DNA from: Candidatus Omnitrophota bacterium
GTDB taxonomy: Bacteria > Omnitrophota > Gorgyraeia > Gygaellales > Profunditerraquicolaceae
Reading direction: 5' to 3'
DNA: 64,000 nt
NCBI GenBank assembly: GCA_043814315.1
Contig: JBDRKE010000010.1
Span: forward strand, 66,896 to 130,895
Under the pieces are notes generated by a model that worked only from the letters and a program-made list of their open reading frames with translations, was not told the origin of the DNA and searched no databases. Shown in pieces: positions 49,291 through 58,022 of the stretch (positions are counted from its first letter, which is position 1; every line of letters begins with the position of its first letter). Made by a program: the position numbers and the translations under genes.

Positions 49291-50725
49291 AGAAATTTTT
49301 ATAAATGTTGAGCCTCAGGAAAAACGCGTCGCGATTATTTCCGACGCCAGGCTTGAGGAGTTTACCATTGAACGGCCCCAGGATAGGACTATTGTCGGCA
49401 ATATCTATAAAGGTAAAATAGAGGCGGTTATGCCTTCCATAGGCGCAGCGTTTGTGGATATTGGTTTAGCTAAGAAAGGCTTTCTTTATTTATCCGAGAT
49501 AGAATCTGCCTTTGAAGGGCTGGAGCAGCCTAAGGTAGCGGTGAAGCGGGAAATAAAAAAAGGCCAGGAGATACTGGTGCAGGTGGTCAAGGAGTCATTT
49601 GGGACAAAGGGGCCGAGGTTATCGACGCAGATTGGCTTGGCAGGCAGGTGTTTGGTCCTTCTGCCTCATGAGAACCAGATCGGCGTATCCAGACGGATAG
49701 AGGATGAGGAGGAGAGAAGGCGTTTGAAGCTAGTGCTACGCGAGATCAAGCTGCCTAAGAATGTCGGTTATATCGTGCGCACGGCAGCCAGCGGCAAATT
49801 AAAGAAAGACATAGCTCAGGACGCGCAATTCCTCTTTAAGTTATGGAAAAGGCTGGAGCGCATCATCGCACGCAAGAGCGCTCCCAGCCTTATCTACGAA
49901 GAGTACGATTTGACGTTGAGGGCCATAAGGGATTCTTTCACAGACGAGGTCGCCAGGCTGGTCGTTGATTCGAAGCCAGAGTATTATCGGATACAGAATT
50001 TTATGAGGCATTTCTTAAGCCACTTAACGAAAAGAATCGAGTTGTACAAAGGGGATAATTTATTCGAGGATAAGGGGATCGAGAAACAGATCAACAGGAT
50101 TTTTGAAAGCCATGTTTATTTAAAATCCAAGGCCTACCTGATTATAGAGCCTACCGAAGGCTTGGTGGTCATCGACGTCAATAGCGGAGGCTTTAAAAGG
50201 AAGTTCGGCCAGGAAGAAACCGCTTTTAAGGTGAATTGCGAGGCAGCGGAGGAAGCCGCCCGCCAACTGGTTTTACGCGATTTAGGCGGTATCATTGTCA
50301 TAGACTTTATTGACATGGAAAGAGAGCATCACCGGCGGGAGGTTTTGAATATTCTCAAGAACGCTTTGAGCCGCGATAAAGCCAAATACGATATCTTAGG
50401 TATCTCTAAGTTTGGGTTGGTAGAAATGACGCGGGAGCGCGTTCATAAGACCGCCCACATGCTTTCTTATCAGACGTGTTCTTACTGCCACGGCAGGGGC
50501 AAGGTCAAGTCGCCAACGACCACGGCCATCTATACGCTTAAGGAGCTCAAGAGGTTTTTAAAAGAGAAGAAAGTAGAACAGGTGAATCTGACTTTGAATC
50601 CTGCCGTTATAGACGAAATCTTAAATCACAAGGAAAATATTAGACTCATCGAGACAAGGTTTAAGACCAGGGTCAATCTGATTTCAAACCCTCAAGTTCA
50701 CACCGAAGAGATAAAAATCTCCTGA
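49274..50725 (+). CDS. rng: Rne/Rng family ribonuclease (RNase G-like)
   Basis: 483 aa. S1 domain (GNIYKGKIEAVMPSIGAAFVDIG), the catalytic region IIEPTEGLVVIDVNSG, and Zn-link Cys residues (CSYCHGRG). Confidence 0.88.
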   Translation: MKKMPKEIFINVEPQEKRVAIISDARLEEFTIERPQDRTIVGNIYKGKIEAVMPSIGAAFVDIGLAKKGFLYLSEIESAFEGLEQPKVAVKREIKKGQEILVQVVKESFGTKGPRLSTQIGLAGRCLVLLPHENQIGVSRRIEDEEERRRLKLVLREIKLPKNVGYIVRTAASGKLKKDIAQDAQFLFKLWKRLERIIARKSAPSLIYEEYDLTLRAIRDSFTDEVARLVVDSKPEYYRIQNFMRHFLSHLTKRIELYKGDNLFEDKGIEKQINRIFESHVYLKSKAYLIIEPTEGLVVIDVNSGGFKRKFGQEETAFKVNCEAAEEAARQLVLRDLGGIIVIDFIDMEREHHRREVLNILKNALSRDKAKYDILGISKFGLVEMTRERVHKTAHMLSYQTCSYCHGRGKVKSPTTTAIYTLKELKRFLKEKKVEQVNLTLNPAVIDEILNHKENIRLIETRFKTRVNLISNPQVHTEEIKIS

Positions 50726-50898
50726 CCTCCCGGTTATTTTCCTTGATTCCCTCAAGAATTGTGCTAATATATAAATTTAAAGCATTTTCAGCAGGTACGC
50801 GCAGATACTTTTAAAAGAGTTCTTTATACATTCGCGGGCAGAAACCTTGTCCTTCAGGGCAAGGATGAAAAATGGCCGCTTGAGTACCAACCATGACA

Positions 50899-50938
50899 GG
50901 CCTCGGCTTAAAGGCCGAGGTAATCGTAGGTTGATTTT
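50899..50938 (+). repeat. hairpin-containing leader motif shared with 21699..21735
   Basis: ggcctcggcttaaaggccgaggtaatcgtaggttgatttt here, compared with ccttaggctttagaccgaggtacccgtaggttgattttt at 21699..21735. It ends just before the rplU SD (aggagg). Confidence 0.7.
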
Positions 50939-50951
50939 AGGAGGAAAGCAA

Positions 50952-51266
50952 ATGTATGCAGTGATTGAAGTTGGAGCAAAACAGTTTAGCGTAAAAAAGG
51001 ATGATATTATTGAGGTGGAAAAGCAGACCGCCGAAGAAGGTCAAGAGATAAGCCTGGATAAGGTGTTGTTTTTATCCAAGGATAAGAAAATTGAGGTGGG
51101 CCGGCCTTATCTTATCAATGTGTCGCTACGAGCCCTGGTTTTAAAGCATGGAAAAGGTGCAAAGGTCATTAGTTTTAAATATCGCCGAAGAAAGTCTAAG
51201 CATTGGACAAAGGGGCACAGGCAGCAATTGACCCGCCTTAAAATAAAAGATATTATTATAAGTTAG
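50952..51266 (+). CDS. rplU: 50S ribosomal protein L21
   Basis: MYAVIEVGAKQFSVKKDDII start and HRQQLTRLKI C-terminus. 104 aa, with an SD upstream of ATG 50952. Confidence 0.92.
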   Translation: MYAVIEVGAKQFSVKKDDIIEVEKQTAEEGQEISLDKVLFLSKDKKIEVGRPYLINVSLRALVLKHGKGAKVISFKYRRRKSKHWTKGHRQQLTRLKIKDIIIS

Positions 51267-51335
51267 CCTGTTTTCCTGTTAGTCGGTTAGCCTGTGGAAT
51301 TGGCAAACCGGCGAACCGGCCAACCGGCAAACAGC
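51267..51335. repeat. hairpin-type spacer with ccggcaaa-family octamer units
   Basis: cctgttttcctgttagtcggttagcctgt is followed by ggcaaaccggcgaaccggccaaccggcaaac (51302..51332). It fills the whole rplU-obg spacer. Confidence 0.75.
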
Positions 51336-51336
51336 A

Positions 51337-52290
51337 ATGTTCATAGATCAGGCAAAGATATACGTTAAAGCGGGAAGTGGCGGCAAAGGCTGCAATAGTT
51401 TCTATCGCGATAAGTATAGCCGGGGCGGCATTCCGGACGGAGGCAGCGCAGGTGATGGAGCCGACATTGTTATAAGGGCCGATAGAAACCTGCACACGCT
51501 GCTCGATTTTAAATACAACAGGCATTTTACTGGTTCGCACGGAGGCCACGGTTCAGGAAATAACAAAAAAGGTAAAGATGCGCCTCGTATTATCATCCGT
51601 GTTCCCTGCGGCACCACGGTCAAAGATTTAAAGACAGATTGCCTCTTACGCGATTTAGAAAAGGATCAGGATGAGTTTGTCGTGGCTCGTGGGGGCTCAG
51701 GGGGCAGAGGTAATAAACACTGCCGAGAAGCAGAAACGGGTGAGCTCGGAGAAGAGAGGGAGATTTTTCTTGATTTAAAACTCATAGCCGAAGTGGGCAT
51801 TGTGGGTTTTCCCAATGTTGGCAAGTCTACGCTGATTTCCCGTATTTCCAATGCCAGGCCGCAAATAGCCTCTTACCCTTTTACCACGAAATTTCCCGTG
51901 CTGGGGGTGGTTCGTTCCTCGCAGAAGTCTTTCGTTATTGCGGATATTCCCGGCTTGATAGAAGGCTCCTCCCAGAGCAGGGGCCTTGGAGATAAATTCT
52001 TAAGGCACGTAGAGCGCACAAAAATCCTTATCCACGTCGTGGATATGTCAGGGGTTGAAGGGAGAGATCCCCTGCAGGATTACAAGATTATAAACAGGGA
52101 GCTCAAAAGTTATGCCAAAGGTATCGAAAAAAAACCGCAGGTCATTGCAGCCAATAAGATGGATTTAGAAGGAGCCAAAGAAAACCTAAAACGATTCAAT
52201 AAAGCCGTAAGGAAGAAAGTTTATTGTATATCTGCCCTAAAACACGAAGGGCTAAAGGAGCTCGTTGAAACAGTCGCAAGAAAGCTATAA
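51337..52290 (+). CDS. obg: GTPase Obg
   Basis: Glycine-rich Obg fold (GSGGKGCNSF..GGIPDGGSAGDG) and the G domain motifs GFPNVGKST, DIPGLIEG and NKMD. At 317 aa it lacks a C-terminal extension. Confidence 0.92.
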   Translation: MFIDQAKIYVKAGSGGKGCNSFYRDKYSRGGIPDGGSAGDGADIVIRADRNLHTLLDFKYNRHFTGSHGGHGSGNNKKGKDAPRIIIRVPCGTTVKDLKTDCLLRDLEKDQDEFVVARGGSGGRGNKHCREAETGELGEEREIFLDLKLIAEVGIVGFPNVGKSTLISRISNARPQIASYPFTTKFPVLGVVRSSQKSFVIADIPGLIEGSSQSRGLGDKFLRHVERTKILIHVVDMSGVEGRDPLQDYKIINRELKSYAKGIEKKPQVIAANKMDLEGAKENLKRFNKAVRKKVYCISALKHEGLKELVETVARKL

Positions 52291-53332
52291 AAGGATTGTG
52301 ATAAAGGTCGGCAGCAGCCTTTTTTATTCGAAAGGCCACGGCTTTGATTCTCGCGTTTTGCATCAGATCGTCCGGCAGGTGGTTGCCGTGAAGAAAAGCG
52401 GTAAAGAAGTCGTGATTGTTTCTTCGGGAGCCATTGCTTTAGGTATGCATATCCTAAAGTGGTCCCAGCGGCCGAAAGAATTGCACCGTTTACAGGCAGC
52501 GGCGGCCATAGGCCAGAATGAATTGATCGATAAGTATCGCGATTTTTTTAAAGGAAAAGGCATTCATATCGCGCAGGTCCTTTTAACCTGGGATGACTTT
52601 AATGATCGTAAACGTTATTTGAATGCCAAGAATACATTTTGTGAACTCCTGAGGCATTATAATGTGCCGATCGTCAATGAAAATGACAGCGTATCGACGG
52701 AGGAGATCCGGTTTGGCGATAATGATCGGCTTTCTGCTTTAGTGGCCAGTTTGATTTCCGCCGACATGCTGATCATTCTTTCTGACGTGGATGGGCTGCT
52801 AGAAAAAGACAAGAAAACCATCGTCAGGACCGTGGAAGAAATCACCCCTTCCGTAAGAGCCCTTGCGTTTCCTACATCTAAGCATACCTGTAGAGGCGGG
52901 ATGATTTCAAAATTGGAAGCCGCCAAGATGGCTACGGATTCAGGGATGCCTTGCGTGGTGGCTAACGGAAGGAAGAAAAATATTATTTTGTCTGTTTTAA
53001 AAGAACCGCAGGGATTCGGTACCTTATTTTTGCCCAAGAAAGGTCTGGCAGCCAGAAAGCGCTGGATTGCTTTTAGCTCTCAGCCTAAAGGTAAAATCAC
53101 AGTGGATGACGGCGCTCGCAAAGCCCTTATAAGCCAAAAAAGCCTTCTTTCCGTGGGAGTTGTGGCCTGTGCAGGCGATTTTTGCGCGGGAGACATCGTG
53201 AGCCTGGCGGATAAAGAGGGGAGTGAATTTGCAAGAGGCAGGGCCGGAATTTCTCGTAAGGATTTGGAAAAGGTGAAGGGCGCTCGTTACGAAAAAGAGA
53301 TTATCCATCGGGACAACATCGTGATACTTTAA
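52265..53332 (+). CDS. proB: glutamate 5-kinase
   Basis: Contains RIVIKVGSS and VSSGAIA, plus a C-terminal PUA domain. The TTG start overlaps the obg end. Confidence 0.9.
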   Translation: MKQSQESYKRIVIKVGSSLFYSKGHGFDSRVLHQIVRQVVAVKKSGKEVVIVSSGAIALGMHILKWSQRPKELHRLQAAAAIGQNELIDKYRDFFKGKGIHIAQVLLTWDDFNDRKRYLNAKNTFCELLRHYNVPIVNENDSVSTEEIRFGDNDRLSALVASLISADMLIILSDVDGLLEKDKKTIVRTVEEITPSVRALAFPTSKHTCRGGMISKLEAAKMATDSGMPCVVANGRKKNIILSVLKEPQGFGTLFLPKKGLAARKRWIAFSSQPKGKITVDDGARKALISQKSLLSVGVVACAGDFCAGDIVSLADKEGSEFARGRAGISRKDLEKVKGARYEKEIIHRDNIVIL

Positions 53333-53337
53333 TTGCT

Positions 53338-54594
53338 ATGAGCATGAAACAGGAAATCACAGATATAGCCAAGAAGGCGAAGGTCGCATCAAGATATCTG
53401 GCGCAGGTTTCTTCGGGGAAAAAAGACGTTGTTCTTAAAGAGATGGCCGCAGGGCTCCTCAGGCATAAAGATCTCGTGTTGAAAGCCAATAAAAAGGATA
53501 TCATTAAGGCACAGCGTTCTGGCAGGTCAGCAGCTTTTTTGGAGAGGCTCACCCTGAACGAAAAAAGAATTAAAGAGATGGCTGAGTCCTTGATTCAGAT
53601 ATCCAGGTTAAAGGACCCTGTGAACAGCTTGATTAAGGCGTGGGTGAGGCCTAACGGCCTTCGCATACATAAAGTGCGTGTTCCTATAGGAGTCGTGGCT
53701 ATTATCTACGAATCGCGGCCTAACGTAACCAGCGACTGTATCGGACTTTTGTTTAAGTCAGGCAACAGCGTTATCTTAAAGGGGGGTAGTGACGCCTTAA
53801 CTTCAAATCTTGCCATATTTAAGATACTCAGGGCTGTGGCGGTAAAACACCAAATTCCCGACGGGGCCGTTTCTTTGTTGACGGCCATAGACAGGAGATC
53901 GCTAGATTTATTGCTGAAGCAGGATGATTTCGTTGATTTGGTTATGCCCCGGGGAGGAGAAGGATTGATCAGGCGTGTCCTGAATGGTTCGCGTATACCC
54001 GTACTCAAGCATTATAAAGGGATATGCCATGTTTATGTTGATGAAGGAGCGGATTTGAATATGGCGCAAGATATCTGTTTTAACGCCAAGGTCCAAAGGC
54101 CAGGTGTCTGCAATGCCATGGAAAGCATGTTAGTGCATGAAAGGGTAGCCGGGAGGTTTTTACCGGGGATGTTAAGAAAATTCAAGCAGGCAGGCGTAGA
54201 AATCCGCGGAGATGCCTTGACGCAAAGGCTCGCAAAAGACATAAAAAGGGCTAAAGAGAAAGACTATCGCACAGAATACCTTGATCTGATTCTTTCTGTA
54301 AAGGTGGTTAAAGATTTAGAGGAGGCCATCTCCCGTATCAATCATTATGGCTCGCATCATTCCGATGCGATTGTTACGGATCATGAGGCCAGTGCTAAGC
54401 AATTTTTAAGCCGGGTGGATTCTGCCTGCGTTTACGTCAATGCCTCGACGCGTTTTACGGACGGTTATCAATTCGGCCTGGGTGCCGAAATCGGCATATC
54501 TACGGATAAACTGCATGCGCGCGGCCCCGTGGGGCTGGAAGAGTTGACGACGTATAAGTACGTTGTATATGGGAAGGGACAGATAAGGACATAA
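53338..54594 (+). CDS. proA: glutamate-5-semialdehyde dehydrogenase
   Basis: 418 aa. Contains IYESRPNVT, the catalytic-Cys context GVCNAMESMLVH, and NASTRFTDG. Confidence 0.93.
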   Translation: MSMKQEITDIAKKAKVASRYLAQVSSGKKDVVLKEMAAGLLRHKDLVLKANKKDIIKAQRSGRSAAFLERLTLNEKRIKEMAESLIQISRLKDPVNSLIKAWVRPNGLRIHKVRVPIGVVAIIYESRPNVTSDCIGLLFKSGNSVILKGGSDALTSNLAIFKILRAVAVKHQIPDGAVSLLTAIDRRSLDLLLKQDDFVDLVMPRGGEGLIRRVLNGSRIPVLKHYKGICHVYVDEGADLNMAQDICFNAKVQRPGVCNAMESMLVHERVAGRFLPGMLRKFKQAGVEIRGDALTQRLAKDIKRAKEKDYRTEYLDLILSVKVVKDLEEAISRINHYGSHHSDAIVTDHEASAKQFLSRVDSACVYVNASTRFTDGYQFGLGAEIGISTDKLHARGPVGLEELTTYKYVVYGKGQIRT

Positions 54595-54596
54595 AT

Positions 54597-54708
54597 GGTT
54601 AAATCCCTATTTAAAAATCCCAAACAAAACATTTGGATTTGGGATTTGTTTGGTAGTATTGGGATTTTGGATTTGTTTGGGATTTGGGATTTGGAAATTG
54701 GGATTTTC
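54597..54708. repeat. modular hairpin element (aaatccc.. / tttgggattt.. arms)
   Basis: Short A/C arm at 54601..54630 and a longer G/T arm at 54631..54708 that contains gggatttgtttggtagtattgggatt (54641..54666). Confidence 0.8.
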
Positions 54709-54713
54709 CAGGC

Positions 54714-55283
54714 ATGAAAATAGGCATATTAGGGGGGACTTTCAATCCTATCCACATCGGTCATCTGATCCTGGCCGAAGAGGCCAGAGAGAAATTGAGT
54801 CTGGATAAGATACTCTTTGTGCCTACATACCTGCCTCCTCACAAAGAAGATTGCGGGATTGCGCCTGCTAAGGCTCGATTAGCCATGGTGAAGCTGGCTA
54901 TAGCCGGAAATAGGTATTTTAGCGTTTCCGATAAAGAAACCGCAAGGAACGGCCGCTCTTATACTATTGATACGATCAGAGAGCTTAAGAAGGAGCATCC
55001 CGCAGACGAATTATATTTTATTATCGGATCAGACCTGCTTAAATATTTAGAGGACTGGAAAGATTGGGATGAGATCGCGGGAATGGTAAAATTTATTGTA
55101 GCGACACGGCCCGGATATCCGCTGGAGAAGATTCCTTCTTACATCCATACGGTAGCTATCCGCGCAGTGGATGTCTCGGGCTTTCAGATCCGCACCTGCA
55201 TAAAGGAAAACAGGTCCTTCCGGTATCTGGTATCTGACGCCGTATATAAATATATAACCGAAAATAAGCTTTATGAAAATTAA
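54714..55283 (+). CDS. nadD: nicotinate-nucleotide adenylyltransferase
   Basis: MKIGILGGTFNPIHIGH start and the ISS-type motif region (VDVSGFQIR). ATG 54714 is preferred because the longer ORF reads through the repeat arm. Confidence 0.9.
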   Translation: MKIGILGGTFNPIHIGHLILAEEAREKLSLDKILFVPTYLPPHKEDCGIAPAKARLAMVKLAIAGNRYFSVSDKETARNGRSYTIDTIRELKKEHPADELYFIIGSDLLKYLEDWKDWDEIAGMVKFIVATRPGYPLEKIPSYIHTVAIRAVDVSGFQIRTCIKENRSFRYLVSDAVYKYITENKLYEN

Positions 55284-55926
55284 GATTGCTCCTTCCATAT
55301 TATCGGCAGATTTTAGCCGTCTCGCGCAGGAATTAAAAAGGATCGAACGGGCCGGGGCGGATATGGTCCATATAGACGTTATGGACGGACACTTTGTGCC
55401 GAATATCACCATCGGGGCTGTGGTCGTAAAATATATACGGCTAGCGACAAGATTGCCTTTGGATGTGCACCTTATGGTTGCAAACCCCTTGGACTTTATT
55501 GATGCATTTATGGCCTGCGGGTGCGACATGATTACGGTGCATGTGGAAACGATATCCAGGACCGCGCTTATCGGCCTTAGGTCAAAGCTAAAAGCGAAAA
55601 GAGTAAAGCTGGGGATTTCTTTGAACCCGGACACGCCTTTGAAAAAGATTGAAGGCATGCTTAAGTATGTCGACTTTGTTCTAGTTATGTCCGTTTATCC
55701 GGGTTTTAGCGGCCAGCGATTCATCCCATCGGCATTGCCCAAAATAAAGAAACTGCGTTCTTTATTTAAAGGAGACATTGCGGTTGACGGAGGCGTGAAT
55801 GACTCAACTGCCAAACCTCTTGTTCTCGCCGGAGCGAATATTCTGGCCTCTGGCTCTTATATATTCGGCGCCAAGGATGCAAGGAGGGCCATAAAGAAAT
55901 TGAGGCAAGTGTATGATGGAACATAA
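55273..55926 (+). CDS. rpe: ribulose-phosphate 3-epimerase
   Basis: Contains IAPSILSADF, HIDVMDGHFVPN and PGFSGQ.F. 217 aa. Confidence 0.92.
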   Translation: MKIKIAPSILSADFSRLAQELKRIERAGADMVHIDVMDGHFVPNITIGAVVVKYIRLATRLPLDVHLMVANPLDFIDAFMACGCDMITVHVETISRTALIGLRSKLKAKRVKLGISLNPDTPLKKIEGMLKYVDFVLVMSVYPGFSGQRFIPSALPKIKKLRSLFKGDIAVDGGVNDSTAKPLVLAGANILASGSYIFGAKDARRAIKKLRQVYDGT

Positions 55927-57298
55927 GATTAAATTCGGAACAGACGGTTGGCGGGGCATCATTGGAGACACTTACACTTTTAAGAACGTAAGGATTGTTT
56001 CCCAGGCCATTGCGGATTATCTGGGCCCGGGTAAAAGGATAGCCGTGGGTTTTGATACGCGCTTCATGTCAGGTTCATTTGCCAGGGTGAGTGCCGAAGT
56101 CTTGAGCCACAATGGCATTGAAGCGGTGCTCTCCGAAAAGTTTGTTTCAACGCCCATCTTAAGCTTTGCCGTAAAATCAAGAAAGTTCGATTTAGGAGTG
56201 ATGATCACGGCGTCCCATAATCCTGCCGAATATAACGGTTTAAAGATTAAAGATCCCACGGGAGGGTCAGCCTCTCCGGAAATAACCGATAAAATCGAGA
56301 GCCTTTTAGGAAAAAACCCCGTAAAGGAAGCGAACTCTCTATCGGCCCGGATAAAGACAGAAGACCTTTTGGACGATTATGTCAGATTTATCCGTTCCTA
56401 CATTGATTTAAAAAGGATAAAGAACAAAAAGTTTAAAGTTCTGGTGGATGCTATGTACGGCGCAGGAGATAGTTTTATCGCCAAGATCTTAAGCGGCACG
56501 GGGATTCGTTTGGATTTTATGCGTCATGAGATCAATCCTTCTTTTGGAGGTATTCGTCCTGAACCCGTCGAAGAGCATTTGAAAGAACTAAAATCCAGGG
56601 TTAAAGATGAGAAGTTTGATTTGGGTATCGCCCTTGACGGTGATGCCGATAGGATTGCATGCGTAGCCCCCCAAGGAATTTTTATTCATCCGCAAAAGAT
56701 ATTAGGATTATTGGCGCTGCATCTTCATCAGGACCGGCGCCTTTCCGGCGGTATTGTCAAGACTATCGCCGGAACGACCATGATCGACCATATCGCCGAG
56801 TTTCTAAAGATAAAGCTTTACGAGACGCCCGTGGGCTTTAAATACATTTCTAACCTTATGGAAAAGGAGGATATCCTTACGGGAGGAGAAGAGGCCGGAG
56901 GCATTGGGGTCAAGGGGTACATCCCGGAGCGCGACGGCACGGTAGTGGGTCTTTTGCTTCTTGAGATGATGGCGTACCGCAATAAAAATATACTGAAGAT
57001 CTTAAACGAAACCGAGAAACAATTCGGCCGTTATTATTATCTTCGCGAGGAAAGTAAATTGGATAAGAGTATTCGGCTTAAAAGCGAAAAATTACCTCGT
57101 CGATTACTCGGGAATAAAGTTGTGCAGGTTGAGGATTACGATGGGGTCAAGTTGATCTGCGGGGATGAAAGTTGGCTGATGCTTCGGGCTTCCGGCACGG
57201 AGCCGATTGTGCGCATCTATGCCGAATCAAAAAATTTAAATCAGTCAAAGCGGCTTATTGAACTGGGAAAGAATCTCGTAAAAAATCAGACAGGATAG
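55913..57298 (+). CDS. phosphoglucomutase/phosphomannomutase family protein
   Basis: 461 aa. Contains FGTDGWRG, the phosphoserine loop TASHNPAEYNGLK, the metal loop DGDADR, and GEEAGG. Confidence 0.85.
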   Translation: MMEHKIKFGTDGWRGIIGDTYTFKNVRIVSQAIADYLGPGKRIAVGFDTRFMSGSFARVSAEVLSHNGIEAVLSEKFVSTPILSFAVKSRKFDLGVMITASHNPAEYNGLKIKDPTGGSASPEITDKIESLLGKNPVKEANSLSARIKTEDLLDDYVRFIRSYIDLKRIKNKKFKVLVDAMYGAGDSFIAKILSGTGIRLDFMRHEINPSFGGIRPEPVEEHLKELKSRVKDEKFDLGIALDGDADRIACVAPQGIFIHPQKILGLLALHLHQDRRLSGGIVKTIAGTTMIDHIAEFLKIKLYETPVGFKYISNLMEKEDILTGGEEAGGIGVKGYIPERDGTVVGLLLLEMMAYRNKNILKILNETEKQFGRYYYLREESKLDKSIRLKSEKLPRRLLGNKVVQVEDYDGVKLICGDESWLMLRASGTEPIVRIYAESKNLNQSKRLIELGKNLVKNQTG

Positions 57299-57310
57299 AG
57301 GTTTGATGCT

Positions 57311-57895
57311 GTGATATATTGGGTTTCGCGTTTTCTGTGTTTTTTCTTGTTAAAGATACTATGTCATTTGAAAGTGCGGGGAGAAGAGCATATCCCCAAA
57401 AAAGGGGGGTTTATCCTGGCCGCTAACCACGTGAGCTTTCTGGATCCCCTTGCTTTAGGGGCTGTATGCCCCAGAAAAATGAATTATATGGCGCGTCATG
57501 ATTTATTTTCTCGACCGGTACTGGGCTGGTGGTTGTTTCAGATAGGTGCTTTTCCGGTAAAAAGGAATTCCGCTGATTTGTCTGCTTTAAAGGAAGCGAT
57601 GAGATGCGTTAAAAAAGGCAGGGGCCTGCTTTTGTTCCCCGAAGGCAGCCGTCAATCCGAAAGCCTTACCGCTAATCCTCAAGCCGGCATCGGTTTTTTG
57701 GCGGCTAAACTCGGCTGTCCCGTGATTCCGGCCTTTGTCAAAGGCTCAGAAATGGCCTTGCCCAAAGGAGCCAGATTTTTGAAGTCCGCAAAGATAACTG
57801 TGCATTTCGGTCAGCAAATTCTTATAGAAAGGAGGATGCCTTATCAAGATATCGCGCAGCTTATCATGGCACGTATCAGGCATCTTTCATGTTAG
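57311..57895 (+). CDS. plsC: 1-acyl-sn-glycerol-3-phosphate acyltransferase
   Basis: Contains the ANHVSFLDP (HX4D) and FPEGSR motifs. 194 aa. Confidence 0.8.
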   Translation: MIYWVSRFLCFFLLKILCHLKVRGEEHIPKKGGFILAANHVSFLDPLALGAVCPRKMNYMARHDLFSRPVLGWWLFQIGAFPVKRNSADLSALKEAMRCVKKGRGLLLFPEGSRQSESLTANPQAGIGFLAAKLGCPVIPAFVKGSEMALPKGARFLKSAKITVHFGQQILIERRMPYQDIAQLIMARIRHLSC

Positions 57896-58022
57896 ATAGT
57901 CGCTTCTTTCCATCCGTTATCCTTTCGTTATCGTCTTTAGATTCAAAAATCTCAAAGTGAAGGGGGGTATATTTTAAAATTCAAAATTAAAAATCCAAAA
58001 TTCAAAAATAAAGGAGAAATAA

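Noticed and set aside
55047-55658. 203-aa minus-strand ORF, the longest on that strand.
   Set aside because: It lies fully antisense to the well-supported nadD and rpe genes, has no recognisable motifs or SD, and has low-complexity composition typical of a shadow ORF. The same reasoning applies to 35894..36292, 35947..36471, 17510..17983, 47694..48152 and the other minus-strand ORFs.
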